Source: a virus
Taxonomy: Duplodnaviria; Heunggongvirae; Uroviricota; Caudoviricetes
Virus record (IMG/VR): IMGVR_UViG_3300037484_000445
Location: 64,001 to 128,000 of that record
Length of the DNA stretch: 64,000 nt
Reading direction: 5' to 3' (one strand)
Part shown: positions 19,347-28,696 of the stretch, one piece after another
Position numbering within the stretch: the first letter of the stretch is position 1
How the letters are laid out: every line of letters begins with the position of its first letter
Notes under the pieces: model-generated
Told to the model about the DNA's origin: nothing
Databases searched by the model: none
What the model saw: only the letters and a program-made list of their open reading frames with translations
Made by a program: the position numbers and the translations under genes

Positions 19347-20225
19347 ATGCACCAAGTTTCAAATGAACTGAAGCAACAGATCATCAGTGAGTACGTCAAG
19401 ACCGCCGCTGGTCGTGCCAAGCTCGCTGCTTCGATGGTTCAACCGCTCCGCATGCGTCGTGATTACACGGCGGTAGGTCGTAAGACCTTCTTGGTGGAGC
19501 AGCTTCCGGATGGGGCACTGCCCATCTACGATAAGGATCCCGACGTGTCAGCCTTTGTGGTTGGCGAAGAGGGTCAGAACATCCTTGCCATCCAGAAGCC
19601 ACGTAGGGTCATCTTCCCGTTGTTCGAGATCGCCTCGAACCCCGAGATCCCCCTCACGCAGATCAAGGAGCGTCGTTTCGACCTCATCGAACGTAGCCAG
19701 GACCTTGCAAAGGCCCAGATTCAGGCTGCCGAAGATGAGCGTGTGTTTGCAGTTCTCGACTCGATCGCGATGTCGGGCTTCGACACTCTCCCTGGTCAGC
19801 TGAACCCCGACGTCGCCGTCGTAGCTCCGATCAGCCCATCAGTCCTCGCGGACGCCTTTGCTGAGATCGAGCGTCACGACTTGCGTGTTGCCCGTATCTA
19901 CATGAATGCCGTCGACTACGCCGACATTCGTAAGTTCGGTCGCGACATTCTCGACATCGAGAGCCAGGCCACGTTGCTGAAGACCGGTCTTCAGGCAACC
20001 CTCTGGGGCGCCCAAATCATCACGAGCCGTCTGGTCCCAGCCGGTTACGTGTACGTTTGCGGCGAGCCGGAGAACTTCGGTCGTATGCCGGTTCGTACGG
20101 AACTCACGGTTCTGTCCGCGGACGACCCGAAGGCTCGTACGATAGGATTTTCTTGCTTTGAAAACCTGGGTATTGGGGCGTTCAACCCCCGTGCTCAGAC
20201 CCGTCTGGTTGTCACTCGCGTGTAA
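19347..20225 (+). CDS. Major capsid protein (HK97 fold)
   Basis: Follows protease, scaffold and cement genes. ASMVQPLRMRRDY.AVGRK...LPDGALPIYDKDP and TLWGAQIITSR.VP.G.VY; AAGGA RBS; downstream hairpin. Confidence 0.85.
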   Translation: MHQVSNELKQQIISEYVKTAAGRAKLAASMVQPLRMRRDYTAVGRKTFLVEQLPDGALPIYDKDPDVSAFVVGEEGQNILAIQKPRRVIFPLFEIASNPEIPLTQIKERRFDLIERSQDLAKAQIQAAEDERVFAVLDSIAMSGFDTLPGQLNPDVAVVAPISPSVLADAFAEIERHDLRVARIYMNAVDYADIRKFGRDILDIESQATLLKTGLQATLWGAQIITSRLVPAGYVYVCGEPENFGRMPVRTELTVLSADDPKARTIGFSCFENLGIGAFNPRAQTRLVVTRV

Positions 20226-20253
20226 TCAGATCAAGCCTAGAAAGGCTGAATTC

Positions 20254-20300
20254 GAAGGTCACCTTGGGAAACCTTGGTGGCCTTCGGCCATTTGGTATTT
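20254..20300 (+). terminator. Probable terminator hairpin after the major capsid gene
   Basis: GAAGGTCACC...GAAA...GGTGGCCTTC stem-loop (20254-20285) followed by an interrupted T-rich run. Confidence 0.6.
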
Positions 20301-20315
20301 GGTGTACAACATTCT
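20301..20315 (+). promoter_or_regulatory. Putative early/middle promoter element GGTGTA-N9-ATG
   Basis: Same motif and spacing as before 23885 and 22640(-); no SD. Confidence 0.5.
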
Positions 20316-20957
20316 ATGCACTCCTCGTGGAAGACATTCCTGTCCCAAGAGTTCAAAAAGCCCTACTTCAGGGATCTTGCAGAATTCGTTCGGGAAGAAC
20401 GCTCGAAGCAGGTCGTGTTTCCTGCTTCAGGAGATGTTTTCAACGCTTACAAGCTACCCCTCGAGAAGGTCCGAGTCGTTATCTTAGGGCAGGACCCTTA
20501 TCACAATGCGGGACAGGCCCACGGTTTGAGCTTCTCTGTGCTCCCTGGAGTAAAGCCCCCTCCCAGCCTTCAGAACATCTTCAAGGAGCTCCACGAGGAT
20601 TTGGGTGTTCCAATTCCAAAGCACGGGCATTTGGCAACGTGGGCTGAGCAGGGGGTCTTCCTGCTCAATGCCACGCTCACGGTCCGAGCTCACTCACCCG
20701 GTTCTCATCAGGGTAAGGGTTGGGAGACTTTCACCGACGCTACCATCAAAGTCCTTGGTCAACGTTCGGAACCCATCGTCTTCGTGTTGTGGGGTAAATA
20801 TGCTCGATCCAAGGCGCCCCTAATACCTGAACACCATCATATCCTCGAGTCCCCTCACCCTTCGCCTATGTCCGCCCATCAGGGATTTTTTGGTAGCCGC
20901 CCATTCTCCAAGATTAATGCGGCTTTAGGGGGTGAGGGTGTCAATTGGGCATTGTAG
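20316..20957 (+). CDS. ung: Uracil-DNA glycosylase, family 1
   Basis: VVILGQDPYH, HGLSFSV, PPSLQNI, QGVFLLN, GWETFT, LWG and HPSPMS motifs. Confidence 0.96.
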   Translation: MHSSWKTFLSQEFKKPYFRDLAEFVREERSKQVVFPASGDVFNAYKLPLEKVRVVILGQDPYHNAGQAHGLSFSVLPGVKPPPSLQNIFKELHEDLGVPIPKHGHLATWAEQGVFLLNATLTVRAHSPGSHQGKGWETFTDATIKVLGQRSEPIVFVLWGKYARSKAPLIPEHHHILESPHPSPMSAHQGFFGSRPFSKINAALGGEGVNWAL

Positions 20958-20983
20958 TTCATTTGTGAAGCGCCTAAAGCAAG

Positions 20984-21607
20984 ATGACCTCGGTTCAAGC
21001 CAGCAACCTTGTTCGCCGCTTCAAGGAAGCCTATAGCCCCAGTGTTACTATACCGAGGCCAGCGTACTTGCCTCCACAAGTTCGAGGCATGGATCCAATG
21101 GTCCCTGAGGGCACGGATATAGCTATCTGGCTTTGGGAAGAAAACGGTAAGCCCTACGGAATCGCCTTTCAGGCCAAATCCAATAAGCCCTTGTGGCACT
21201 TCAGTTTCCGAAACGAGGCTGAACGGGACCGCCGAGTTAAGCAGACCATAGACTCACGAAAGCTTACGTTGGAACGTAAGCAAAAAGAACAGCAGGAACG
21301 GCGTGAGTTCAAGCACCCTTACAATGAAGGGGATATTCTCTACTCCTCTTGGGGGTATGACGAGACTCACATCAACTTCTATCAGGTGACGGATCTCAAG
21401 GGGAAAATGGTTCTAGTCCGTCCTATAGCTTCCAAGACCACCAAAGAGGAGAAGGGTGCTGACTACGTGAGTGCCGCCAAGGATCACTTCACGGGGTCCG
21501 CAGTCAAGGTTCTACCGACGCCGAATGGTTTGAAGATTGACGGCCACTACGCCACCATTTGGGACGGAAAGCCCAAGTACGAGACGGCTATGGGTTGGGG
21601 ACACTAA
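20984..21607 (+). CDS. Hypothetical protein, probable internal head cargo
   Basis: N-terminal VQASNLVRRFKEA tag; C-terminal YSSWGYDETHINFYQV beta domain. Confidence 0.7.
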   Translation: MTSVQASNLVRRFKEAYSPSVTIPRPAYLPPQVRGMDPMVPEGTDIAIWLWEENGKPYGIAFQAKSNKPLWHFSFRNEAERDRRVKQTIDSRKLTLERKQKEQQERREFKHPYNEGDILYSSWGYDETHINFYQVTDLKGKMVLVRPIASKTTKEEKGADYVSAAKDHFTGSAVKVLPTPNGLKIDGHYATIWDGKPKYETAMGWGH

Positions 21608-21609
21608 TA

Positions 21610-22173
21610 ATGGTCGTTGACCGTATAGTCTTGTACCACGGCACAGACTTGTCTCGGGCCCCTATCCTTAGGGTACGTAGCTACTCAACAACGGACTTTT
21701 GGATAGCTGCTTCGTATGGTTTGGATAAGACGGATCAGAAGGAATGCTACGTTCACGAGTATGTCGTAGACAATCCCTTTGAGATCATTAATCCTGACGA
21801 AAAGCATTGGTGGAACCAACAGCAAAGGCTGGACTCCAAGTACAACACTGAGATGGGCCATGACGCTTTCTTGAACAACGAGCCTCTTAAATCTTCTGGT
21901 AAGAAGTGGCACTTTGTCTTGAAGCCCGAAAAGACTCTTGGCTCTAATAAGTGGCACAACTACGACATTACGCCCAGACCGCCGCAACCTATGAGATCTG
22001 CCTCAGTTCGCCGCATTGTGGCTCGCTACAAGAGGGCTGTTATCCGCAAGGAGAAAGGGGAGTACTGTGTTAGGTCCCCTAACAATCCCGATTGGAATGG
22101 AGGGTGCTACCCCTCCAAAGAGAAGGCTGAGGAGCGACTTCGAGAGGTTGAGTACTTCAAGCACAAGGACTAG
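21610..22173 (+). CDS. ADP-ribosyltransferase-like domain fused to a small C-terminal domain
   Basis: LYHGT...YSTTD...A.SYG...VHEY pattern, then SASVRRIVARYKRA and YCVRS...GCYPSKEKAEERL. ATG 21610 follows the upstream stop. Confidence 0.5.
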   Translation: MVVDRIVLYHGTDLSRAPILRVRSYSTTDFWIAASYGLDKTDQKECYVHEYVVDNPFEIINPDEKHWWNQQQRLDSKYNTEMGHDAFLNNEPLKSSGKKWHFVLKPEKTLGSNKWHNYDITPRPPQPMRSASVRRIVARYKRAVIRKEKGEYCVRSPNNPDWNGGCYPSKEKAEERLREVEYFKHKD

Positions 22174-22640
22174 TCTTTGTGGTTAGCCTCGCTGCGAAGC
22201 TTCATGAGCCACTCGATTCCTGTGTCTAGGACTTTGAGTAAGTCTTGAACACTGCCTGATTTGTAGGCGTCTAGAGCCCTTTTGCCAAAGCGTTCATTTA
22301 GGTCGAGTAGCTTCGGCTCTTGGGCGCCTTTAGAATGGTTGTTTACGTGTCTAAGGGCTAGTTCACTGAGAATTGGCTGAAGATAGTAGACCCTTGGCAC
22401 ATCGGAAACGATCTCGGGCACGAGCTCCCAATCGGTTTCTAGGAGGTCTCTCTCGATTCCGACATAGGAAAAGCCGCGGCTACTACCGTCTCTATCGTAG
22501 TGGTCGAATATACTCAGGTCCGAGGCGGTTCCCGAGCGCATTCCGTATTCGGAAGCACCAACACACTTTCCTGCAGGCCAGGCAGCTCTACGGGCTAGTC
22601 TGCCAGACTTTATGGCGGGGAGGGCGTCTTCGAACTTCAT
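22170..22640 (-). CDS. DUF2829 (Tad2-like) domain protein with C-terminal extension
   Basis: MKFEDAL..IKSG..ARR..W...DLLETDWELV signature. The only convincing minus-strand gene; GGTGTA motif upstream. Confidence 0.65.
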   Translation of the reverse strand: MKFEDALPAIKSGRLARRAAWPAGKCVGASEYGMRSGTASDLSIFDHYDRDGSSRGFSYVGIERDLLETDWELVPEIVSDVPRVYYLQPILSELALRHVNNHSKGAQEPKLLDLNERFGKRALDAYKSGSVQDLLKVLDTGIEWLMKLRSEANHKD

Positions 22641-22655
22641 GCCTATACATACACC
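22641..22655 (-). promoter_or_regulatory. Putative early/middle promoter element GGTGTA-N9-ATG
   Basis: Reverse complement reads GGTGTA-TGTATAGGC-ATG. Confidence 0.5.
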
Positions 22656-22732
22656 GCTTATCGCTATTCCACTTATCAGTCCTTTCCTATGAGGCCCCCT
22701 CTTTTCCTATCGGGAGCCCATAGGAGATTCAG

Positions 22733-23845
22733 ATGAGCACACAGATTCAATTTAGACAGGGGGAGTACATCAAATTCACGGCCGCTCGTGACTTCTCCCT
22801 CGGTGGAGTTGGGATCTCTATTCAGTCCGGAATGGAGCTTTTGTTCGATGGAACCAACGTAATCTACAACGGTGGGCCACCAACCAACATGTTCCAGCTT
22901 CGTGGTGCCTGTAAGGCGGGATGGCTCATCCCCACCGAGATCTACGATCCGGAAGATACCTCAGCCAGCATGCCCAAGTCCGCTGGGATTAGGGTTCGTA
23001 ATGCTGTCGGTGGCAATCCTATGGACGTTCAGACCCGAACGATTGTCACGACCGCGGCAGCTGAGGAGCAGGAGGTTGGCCATGTCGCCAGCCACTCCCA
23101 ACAGACGAGGACGCGTAATGCTAACCACCATTTTCAAGGCACTGTCCAAAGGGGTGCCATGATAGTGGATGAGCAAGAGGGTATTCCGGTTCGCACTGTA
23201 TCGACCCCTGCCAAGCAAGACGCAAACCTCGAATTCGAGAGTGCTGGTGAGATTCTTCGCCGAGCTCATAACGTCCAGATTCAACCAGGTGTTGGTAAGA
23301 CGCGTGACGAAGTTTTGGCCGAGATGTCTGCGGAGGATCGAGAAGAGTATCTGGTTAGAATCGAAGCTGGTCGTGCCTCGAAGCCTGGTGGGGATCGTGA
23401 TGCCAACGGCAACTCGATCGTTGGTAGTGTTGCAGCACCGAAGACCATTGAGAGTGGTGGCTTTACCATCAACAACTCTGTGGCGCGTGGCAGCACCCCA
23501 GTTGCAGACCTGAGTGGGACTACGGGTCAAACGGATGTGCAAGTGATTGAGGTGGATGGCATTAAGCTCACGAACACTAATGGACCCAGGCGAGAAGCCA
23601 TAAGGCCCGCTACAAGGCCCGCTGCTCCAAGGGACGCAGATCCACGGCGTACCATTGCTCGATCTATTTGTGCGGATTTTCCGGACAACTACAACTTCAA
23701 CGATCCTGTTCGCAAGAAGATTGCCCGTCTACAGGCGGACTTCGATGACCGTCCAGATGTCATTCGAGCGGTAGCTGCAGCCGAAACGGATGGCGAGGTT
23801 AAGTCTCGCTTGGTCACAGAATTCCCAGACGCTTTCACGGGTTAA
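22733..23845 (+). CDS. Hypothetical protein
   Basis: 370 aa, AGGAG RBS, CTAT-N15-GA motif upstream. Confidence 0.75.
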   Translation: MSTQIQFRQGEYIKFTAARDFSLGGVGISIQSGMELLFDGTNVIYNGGPPTNMFQLRGACKAGWLIPTEIYDPEDTSASMPKSAGIRVRNAVGGNPMDVQTRTIVTTAAAEEQEVGHVASHSQQTRTRNANHHFQGTVQRGAMIVDEQEGIPVRTVSTPAKQDANLEFESAGEILRRAHNVQIQPGVGKTRDEVLAEMSAEDREEYLVRIEAGRASKPGGDRDANGNSIVGSVAAPKTIESGGFTINNSVARGSTPVADLSGTTGQTDVQVIEVDGIKLTNTNGPRREAIRPATRPAAPRDADPRRTIARSICADFPDNYNFNDPVRKKIARLQADFDDRPDVIRAVAAAETDGEVKSRLVTEFPDAFTG

Positions 23846-23869
23846 GTCGACTTCAAGCGTAGAACCCTT

Positions 23870-23884
23870 GGTGTACTACGCTGT
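23870..23884 (+). promoter_or_regulatory. Putative early/middle promoter element GGTGTA-N9-ATG
   Basis: GGTGTA-CTACGCTGT-ATG before the methyltransferase. Confidence 0.5.
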
Positions 23885-24922
23885 ATGCCTTCGCCTAGCA
23901 CGGTTGGTCGAGGAAAAAAGGTAACCCTTTACGATCCTGGTTCTCGCATCAGCCACACAGATAACAGGGTGTCCCTGCATTTAGGGGACGCCCTGGATTT
24001 CTATGATCGTTGGGCGACCCCTACGGCTATCATTTCGGATGGAGCCTATGGTATCCTGGGTTTTGAGGGGGACACCTCGAGTTCTCAAGGGTTGGTCGAT
24101 TGGTATGAACCCCACGTACAGTGGTGGTCAAAGCGAGCGACTCCAAACACTACCTTGTGGTTCTGGAACTCCGAGATTGGGTGGGCTGCGACGCACGATC
24201 TCCTTGAGAGGTATGGCTGGCGCTACATCAATGCCAACATCTGGGACAAGGGAATTGGACATGTGGCCGGAAACGTTAACACGCAAAAGATTCGACGCTT
24301 TCCGGTGGTTACAGAGGTTTGTGTACAATACGTCTTCGAAGCTTCGGTTCGTGGGACGCCCTTGAAGCGTTGGCTTCGAGATGAATGGGTTCGGGCGGGG
24401 TTGGCTCTCAAGCGAGCCAATGAAGCTTGTGGGGTAAAGGATGCCGCGGTCAGGAAATACTTGGACCAAGGGCACCTTTGGTACATGCCGCCGACAGAGG
24501 CCATGATGAAGCTCAGTGCCTACGCCAATTACTACGGGGATGACCTAGGCAAGCCTTACTACTCCTTGGATCGTATCAAACCCGTCACAGAGGCCCAGTG
24601 GACGCGAATGAGGGCCAAGTTTCAGTGCCCTCATGGAGTGACCAACTGCTGGCATCGCCCGACCCTAAGGGGTGTCGAGAGGGTTAAGATCGAAGGTAAG
24701 CCAATTCATTTGAACCAGAAGCCGTTGGACCTAATGGCCCTGATCATCAACGCTTCTACGGATGTGAAGGACGTGGTGTGGGAGCCTTTTGGGGGACTTT
24801 TTAGTGGGTGCCTTGCCGCTGCCCAGTTGGGTCGTAAGGGCTTGGGTACGGAAATTGACCCAACTTACTTTGAGTTCGGGTGCCGGCGCTGTGAGTCCGA
24901 GCTCCCTAGATTACCCCTCTAG
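23885..24922 (+). CDS. N6-adenine/N4-cytosine DNA methyltransferase (beta class)
   Basis: Catalytic-like IISDGAYG near the N-terminus, IWDKG, H.NQKP, and C-terminal SAM-binding EPFGG..SG...GTEID. Confidence 0.85.
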   Translation: MPSPSTVGRGKKVTLYDPGSRISHTDNRVSLHLGDALDFYDRWATPTAIISDGAYGILGFEGDTSSSQGLVDWYEPHVQWWSKRATPNTTLWFWNSEIGWAATHDLLERYGWRYINANIWDKGIGHVAGNVNTQKIRRFPVVTEVCVQYVFEASVRGTPLKRWLRDEWVRAGLALKRANEACGVKDAAVRKYLDQGHLWYMPPTEAMMKLSAYANYYGDDLGKPYYSLDRIKPVTEAQWTRMRAKFQCPHGVTNCWHRPTLRGVERVKIEGKPIHLNQKPLDLMALIINASTDVKDVVWEPFGGLFSGCLAAAQLGRKGLGTEIDPTYFEFGCRRCESELPRLPL

Positions 24923-24927
24923 TCTAC

Positions 24928-24948
24928 TTATGGGCCTTCTTCGAGTGA
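24928..24948 (+). promoter_or_regulatory. Putative late promoter TTAT-N15-GA
   Basis: Exact motif in the short gap before 24961. Confidence 0.55.
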
Positions 24949-24960
24949 ACCTCGGAGAAA

Positions 24961-27102
24961 TTGGCCCCTATGTCCGGACAAGATAGCGGTAGCCCTCAAA
25001 CCCCAAAAACGGCCGGGGCGACACTCTACCTTATGGAAGAACTTGGGGACGCCCGGTTGAGGTGTGACCAGCTCACTCGGTACATTGCCGAGGCAGTCAA
25101 GCTCATCAACAAGTCCGATCATAGGGATCACTTCTTTGAAGTGGCAGGACATCTGCTTCAAGGGATCCCTGAGACGGCCTTTAAGCTTCAAAAAGCTCTT
25201 CAGGCGGTAGCCCTTGCTGCAGACCGCATTGACTACGAGGAGCTCAAGCTTGAGTTGCGCCCTGAAAAGGTCGAAGAGCTAGAAAAGGTCCTCAAAGAGG
25301 TTAGGATTCATCAGGTCCAACATCGTTCGGAGACTCCCATGACGCCAAAGCAAGTAGCCACACAGTTACGAACTCTCGCCAAGACTGCCCGTGAAGAAGG
25401 CTGTCTTCCCATTCACGAAATTGCCGCCCTTGTGGGTAAACTTGATACTAACCGTGTGGCTGGGGCGCCCGTATCGGCTGCTGATGCTTTGGACAAAATC
25501 GCTGAGTCTTTGGAGACTGCTAAGGACAAGCCCAGTCGCATTCAGTTAGCTAACCTGCTTTCTAGGGTGGCTATGGAGTCCGACTTCGACGAACTGGTAC
25601 GTCTCTCCAGCAAGGGTCTGATGAGTCAATTGGACCAGCTCTCAAGCGTCGAAGAGGTCAAAGAAAAGTTCAAGGCCGAGAACCCGAACATCTCGGACGC
25701 CGACTTAGATGAGATTGCCAAGCAGTGGAAGGCTAACAAGGACGTCGTCAAGGACAAGCATTCGGCATCATTTTTGACGCCGAAGGAAACCCTGACCCTA
25801 AACTTTGATGAGATCAAAGTTCTAGCCCTCAAGGCTTTGCAGGCGGCGAAGAGTGAGCGTTGGAAGCCTGCTTTACACAGTATCTACTTCTTGGTCGATA
25901 CTATCGGGACTCTTCTGGTTAACATGGGTTCTATGGACACGGTCAAGGTGGAAGCTTTGAAGCGGGAGATACGAGAACTTCTCCCAAGAGCTGAGGAGAG
26001 CGTTTCAAACATGCAAGTAGCACCTGCTGTTGTGACGGCTTCGACTGATAAGCTTGAACGTCTCGTTTCGAATATCGAGGAACAAGCTAAGGAGATGCGT
26101 CATGCTTTGGATACGTACAATAGGGATCCGGGTAGGTATGCTCCACAACTAAAGAATCTCAGGGATGCTGGATGGTCTATCGCTACATCCCTTCGAGTGT
26201 TGGACCGTGTTCTACCTGATATGATGAAGATGGCTTCGGACAAGGATCCAGTCATTTTCATCGCTCGAAATACCCTTGCAGAGCTAACCACACAACTAGA
26301 ACACGACCTCAAGGGTGATAAGGATTGGCACGATAATATTGTCGATGCTGCCGAAAGAACCTTGAAGGCCAATGTCCTTCAAGAGCGAGCCAACAATCTT
26401 CTGCAGAGAGTCGCGGCTTCTATTCTTTGGCTGTACACAGATGACGATGGTAAGGACTTTTACCTGTCCACCAGACGCCGCGGTACCATTCGATCGCCCT
26501 ACACTGGTAAGGCTTTTACGGCCGACGCTAAGAGGGCCACCATGGGAGAAGTTGGCAAGGAGCTCAAGGAGGATGAAGTCAAGATTAAGGGTTCCTTGTG
26601 GAAGTACGTTGACGGAGATGACAACGAATTTTACCTTCCTGAGCGCCTCACAACGACTTTACGGTCTCCAACCACAGGCAAGACTTTCAAGCCCAAGGCT
26701 GAGCGATTCACGTTGAGTGAAGTCGGTAAGAATCTCCGAGAAGAGGGTAAGAAGGCATCATCTGAAGATGACGCCAAGCGTTCTCGTTTCGAGGAAGGAA
26801 AGCCAGCGGATCCCACAGAAAACATGGATCCTGAGGACGCCAAGAAGTGGAAGTCCAATACGGACGAGTACGGTGACAAGTTCAAGAGCGCCGCTAAGGG
26901 TGATCCCTACTGGATGAAGGCAAAAAACCCCGGAAAAGCTCAAGACGGGACGCCTTTTAAGAAGGGTGAGGACATCTTCTACTACCCACGCACTAAGACC
27001 ATCCTCGTTGGAGATAAGGCCGATAAGGCCTCACGTGAGTTTGACTCAGCCGCTGACGATGAACGAACAGCCTCCGCAGACATCTTGGCCTGGAAAGCCT
27101 AA
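24961..27102 (+). CDS. Large multi-module head protein (possible polyprotein)
   Basis: 713 aa; modules separated by KTA/RVA/HSA/VTA/KMA/KKA/KSA/RTA; duplicated ~50-aa LW.Y.D.D...FYL...RSP.TGK.F module. Confidence 0.7.
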   Translation: MAPMSGQDSGSPQTPKTAGATLYLMEELGDARLRCDQLTRYIAEAVKLINKSDHRDHFFEVAGHLLQGIPETAFKLQKALQAVALAADRIDYEELKLELRPEKVEELEKVLKEVRIHQVQHRSETPMTPKQVATQLRTLAKTAREEGCLPIHEIAALVGKLDTNRVAGAPVSAADALDKIAESLETAKDKPSRIQLANLLSRVAMESDFDELVRLSSKGLMSQLDQLSSVEEVKEKFKAENPNISDADLDEIAKQWKANKDVVKDKHSASFLTPKETLTLNFDEIKVLALKALQAAKSERWKPALHSIYFLVDTIGTLLVNMGSMDTVKVEALKREIRELLPRAEESVSNMQVAPAVVTASTDKLERLVSNIEEQAKEMRHALDTYNRDPGRYAPQLKNLRDAGWSIATSLRVLDRVLPDMMKMASDKDPVIFIARNTLAELTTQLEHDLKGDKDWHDNIVDAAERTLKANVLQERANNLLQRVAASILWLYTDDDGKDFYLSTRRRGTIRSPYTGKAFTADAKRATMGEVGKELKEDEVKIKGSLWKYVDGDDNEFYLPERLTTTLRSPTTGKTFKPKAERFTLSEVGKNLREEGKKASSEDDAKRSRFEEGKPADPTENMDPEDAKKWKSNTDEYGDKFKSAAKGDPYWMKAKNPGKAQDGTPFKKGEDIFYYPRTKTILVGDKADKASREFDSAADDERTASADILAWKA

Positions 27103-28283
27103 TGGGTTCACCTCTTGTATCCCGTCCGCCCTATGGAGAGGGCACCGCGAGGACCCCTAGGGCTGTGGCCGAACTACCCTCTGGGGGTCCTACGGATAAG
27201 GGTATACCTCTTGACTCGGGGATCCCGGGGGCAGCCACGTACTCCAAGCCTGAGGATGATATTCGCAGGCCCCAAATCACGGACACGTCCCCCAGGCGTA
27301 TTGACGGCCCGGATGACATGTTGAAGGACCGTGATCGTATTGAGGTACGAGAGGACAGTGCGGACTCGAGTACGAGCTACAACGGTTTGGGTAAACCAGA
27401 TCCCCCAAACAAGACCAAGTACCCCTACCGGGATGAGATTCCTAATGCACACAATGCCGCTTTTTTGGCTGAGCTGTGGAAGTTGGAGGGATCTCGAGTA
27501 GCCGTAATCAACGGTTCGATCCAGGTCAAGATAGCCTCCAATGTTGAAGAGATCTTGACGGGTCTCGATCAGAAGTTTCAGGAACGAGCCAAGAAATGCT
27601 CAGCTCAAGTCAAGCGTGCTGACATCAAGAATCTTCGTTGGATTTTCAGTGTGGATTGTGGACATGGCCCTAAGGCGGTCAAGGTTCGAGCCATTCCGAA
27701 GGGGCGTAGCAAGAAGTTCTCAACTCTTGATTTGGAGCTTTCCTGTTCGTGTCCTGCCTGGCAATGGTTAGGACCTGAGTTCCACGCCAAGAGCGAGAAG
27801 TTCATGCTGAAGCCTCAAAATGGCACAGCCTCGACTCCCGATATCCGGGATCCTGAACGGGATAATCGCGTCTGTAAACATGTGGCAGCAGCTTTAGCTA
27901 TCACTAAGCATTGGGAGATCCCCAAGGTCAAAATGCAGAAGGCCGTGAAGAAGGCCATGCGAGTACGTAGGGCTGTGCGGGCTGCTATGGATAGGCGTGC
28001 CATTCAGCTTCTTTGGGCCACTGAAGCCCTCAATCCCGACAATTGGCAGGAGGGGCTCAGGATGGATTGGGCCACGCCAGATGGGCTAGTAACGGCCTAC
28101 ATTCGGGCCCGGGGTGATGTGGCGGATTACGCAGAATTTCAATTCCGGAGAGAGGGTACTTCGTGGCCTAAACTCTGGAACAAGACTCGCGACCTAGTTG
28201 GAGCCTTAGGTCGTTTAGGTGTTACCCAAAAGTGGGCTTCTGTGCCACCTAAGGTGCAAATCTGGCTCCAAGAGAAAATGTAA
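27102..28283 (+). CDS. SWIM zinc-finger protein
   Basis: SCSCPAW...VCKHVAAAL (CxC...CxH). Confidence 0.75.
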   Translation: MGSPLVSRPPYGEGTARTPRAVAELPSGGPTDKGIPLDSGIPGAATYSKPEDDIRRPQITDTSPRRIDGPDDMLKDRDRIEVREDSADSSTSYNGLGKPDPPNKTKYPYRDEIPNAHNAAFLAELWKLEGSRVAVINGSIQVKIASNVEEILTGLDQKFQERAKKCSAQVKRADIKNLRWIFSVDCGHGPKAVKVRAIPKGRSKKFSTLDLELSCSCPAWQWLGPEFHAKSEKFMLKPQNGTASTPDIRDPERDNRVCKHVAAALAITKHWEIPKVKMQKAVKKAMRVRRAVRAAMDRRAIQLLWATEALNPDNWQEGLRMDWATPDGLVTAYIRARGDVADYAEFQFRREGTSWPKLWNKTRDLVGALGRLGVTQKWASVPPKVQIWLQEKM

Positions 28284-28285
28284 AA

Positions 28286-28696
28286 ATGCCTACATATACC
28301 TTCAGAAAACCGTCAGATGGGACTCAGATCAGCAAGCGCTTGACCTTTACGGAGTACGAGTCTGTTAAGTCCGGTGAGAACGTGATCGAGGATGAGACTG
28401 GCGAAGCCCTTGAGATTGTTTTCAATCCAGGCCAAGTGGGTTTCGTGATGAAGGATGGGGAATCGGGAGGGTGGACTTCTAAGGCCGATAAGGAAAATCG
28501 GTTTCGTCAGGTACGAAGCGCCCAGATGGCTAGGCGGGAAAAAGACCATGTCTTCAAGTCTCGTTTGGTCCCGAACTATAAGGGTCAGGAAGCCCACTGT
28601 TGGGCTGATGTCCAAGACCATGTTCGAAGCACACAAGGTGTTGCGGCAGCTCAGACATATAGCTCTCACGTTGCAAAAGAACGGAGCAACTCGTGA
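28286..28696 (+). CDS. FmdB-like small protein lacking the Cys ligands
   Basis: MPTYTF start and F...G..GGW segment; similar layout to 42958..43374. Confidence 0.55.
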   Translation: MPTYTFRKPSDGTQISKRLTFTEYESVKSGENVIEDETGEALEIVFNPGQVGFVMKDGESGGWTSKADKENRFRQVRSAQMARREKDHVFKSRLVPNYKGQEAHCWADVQDHVRSTQGVAAAQTYSSHVAKERSNS

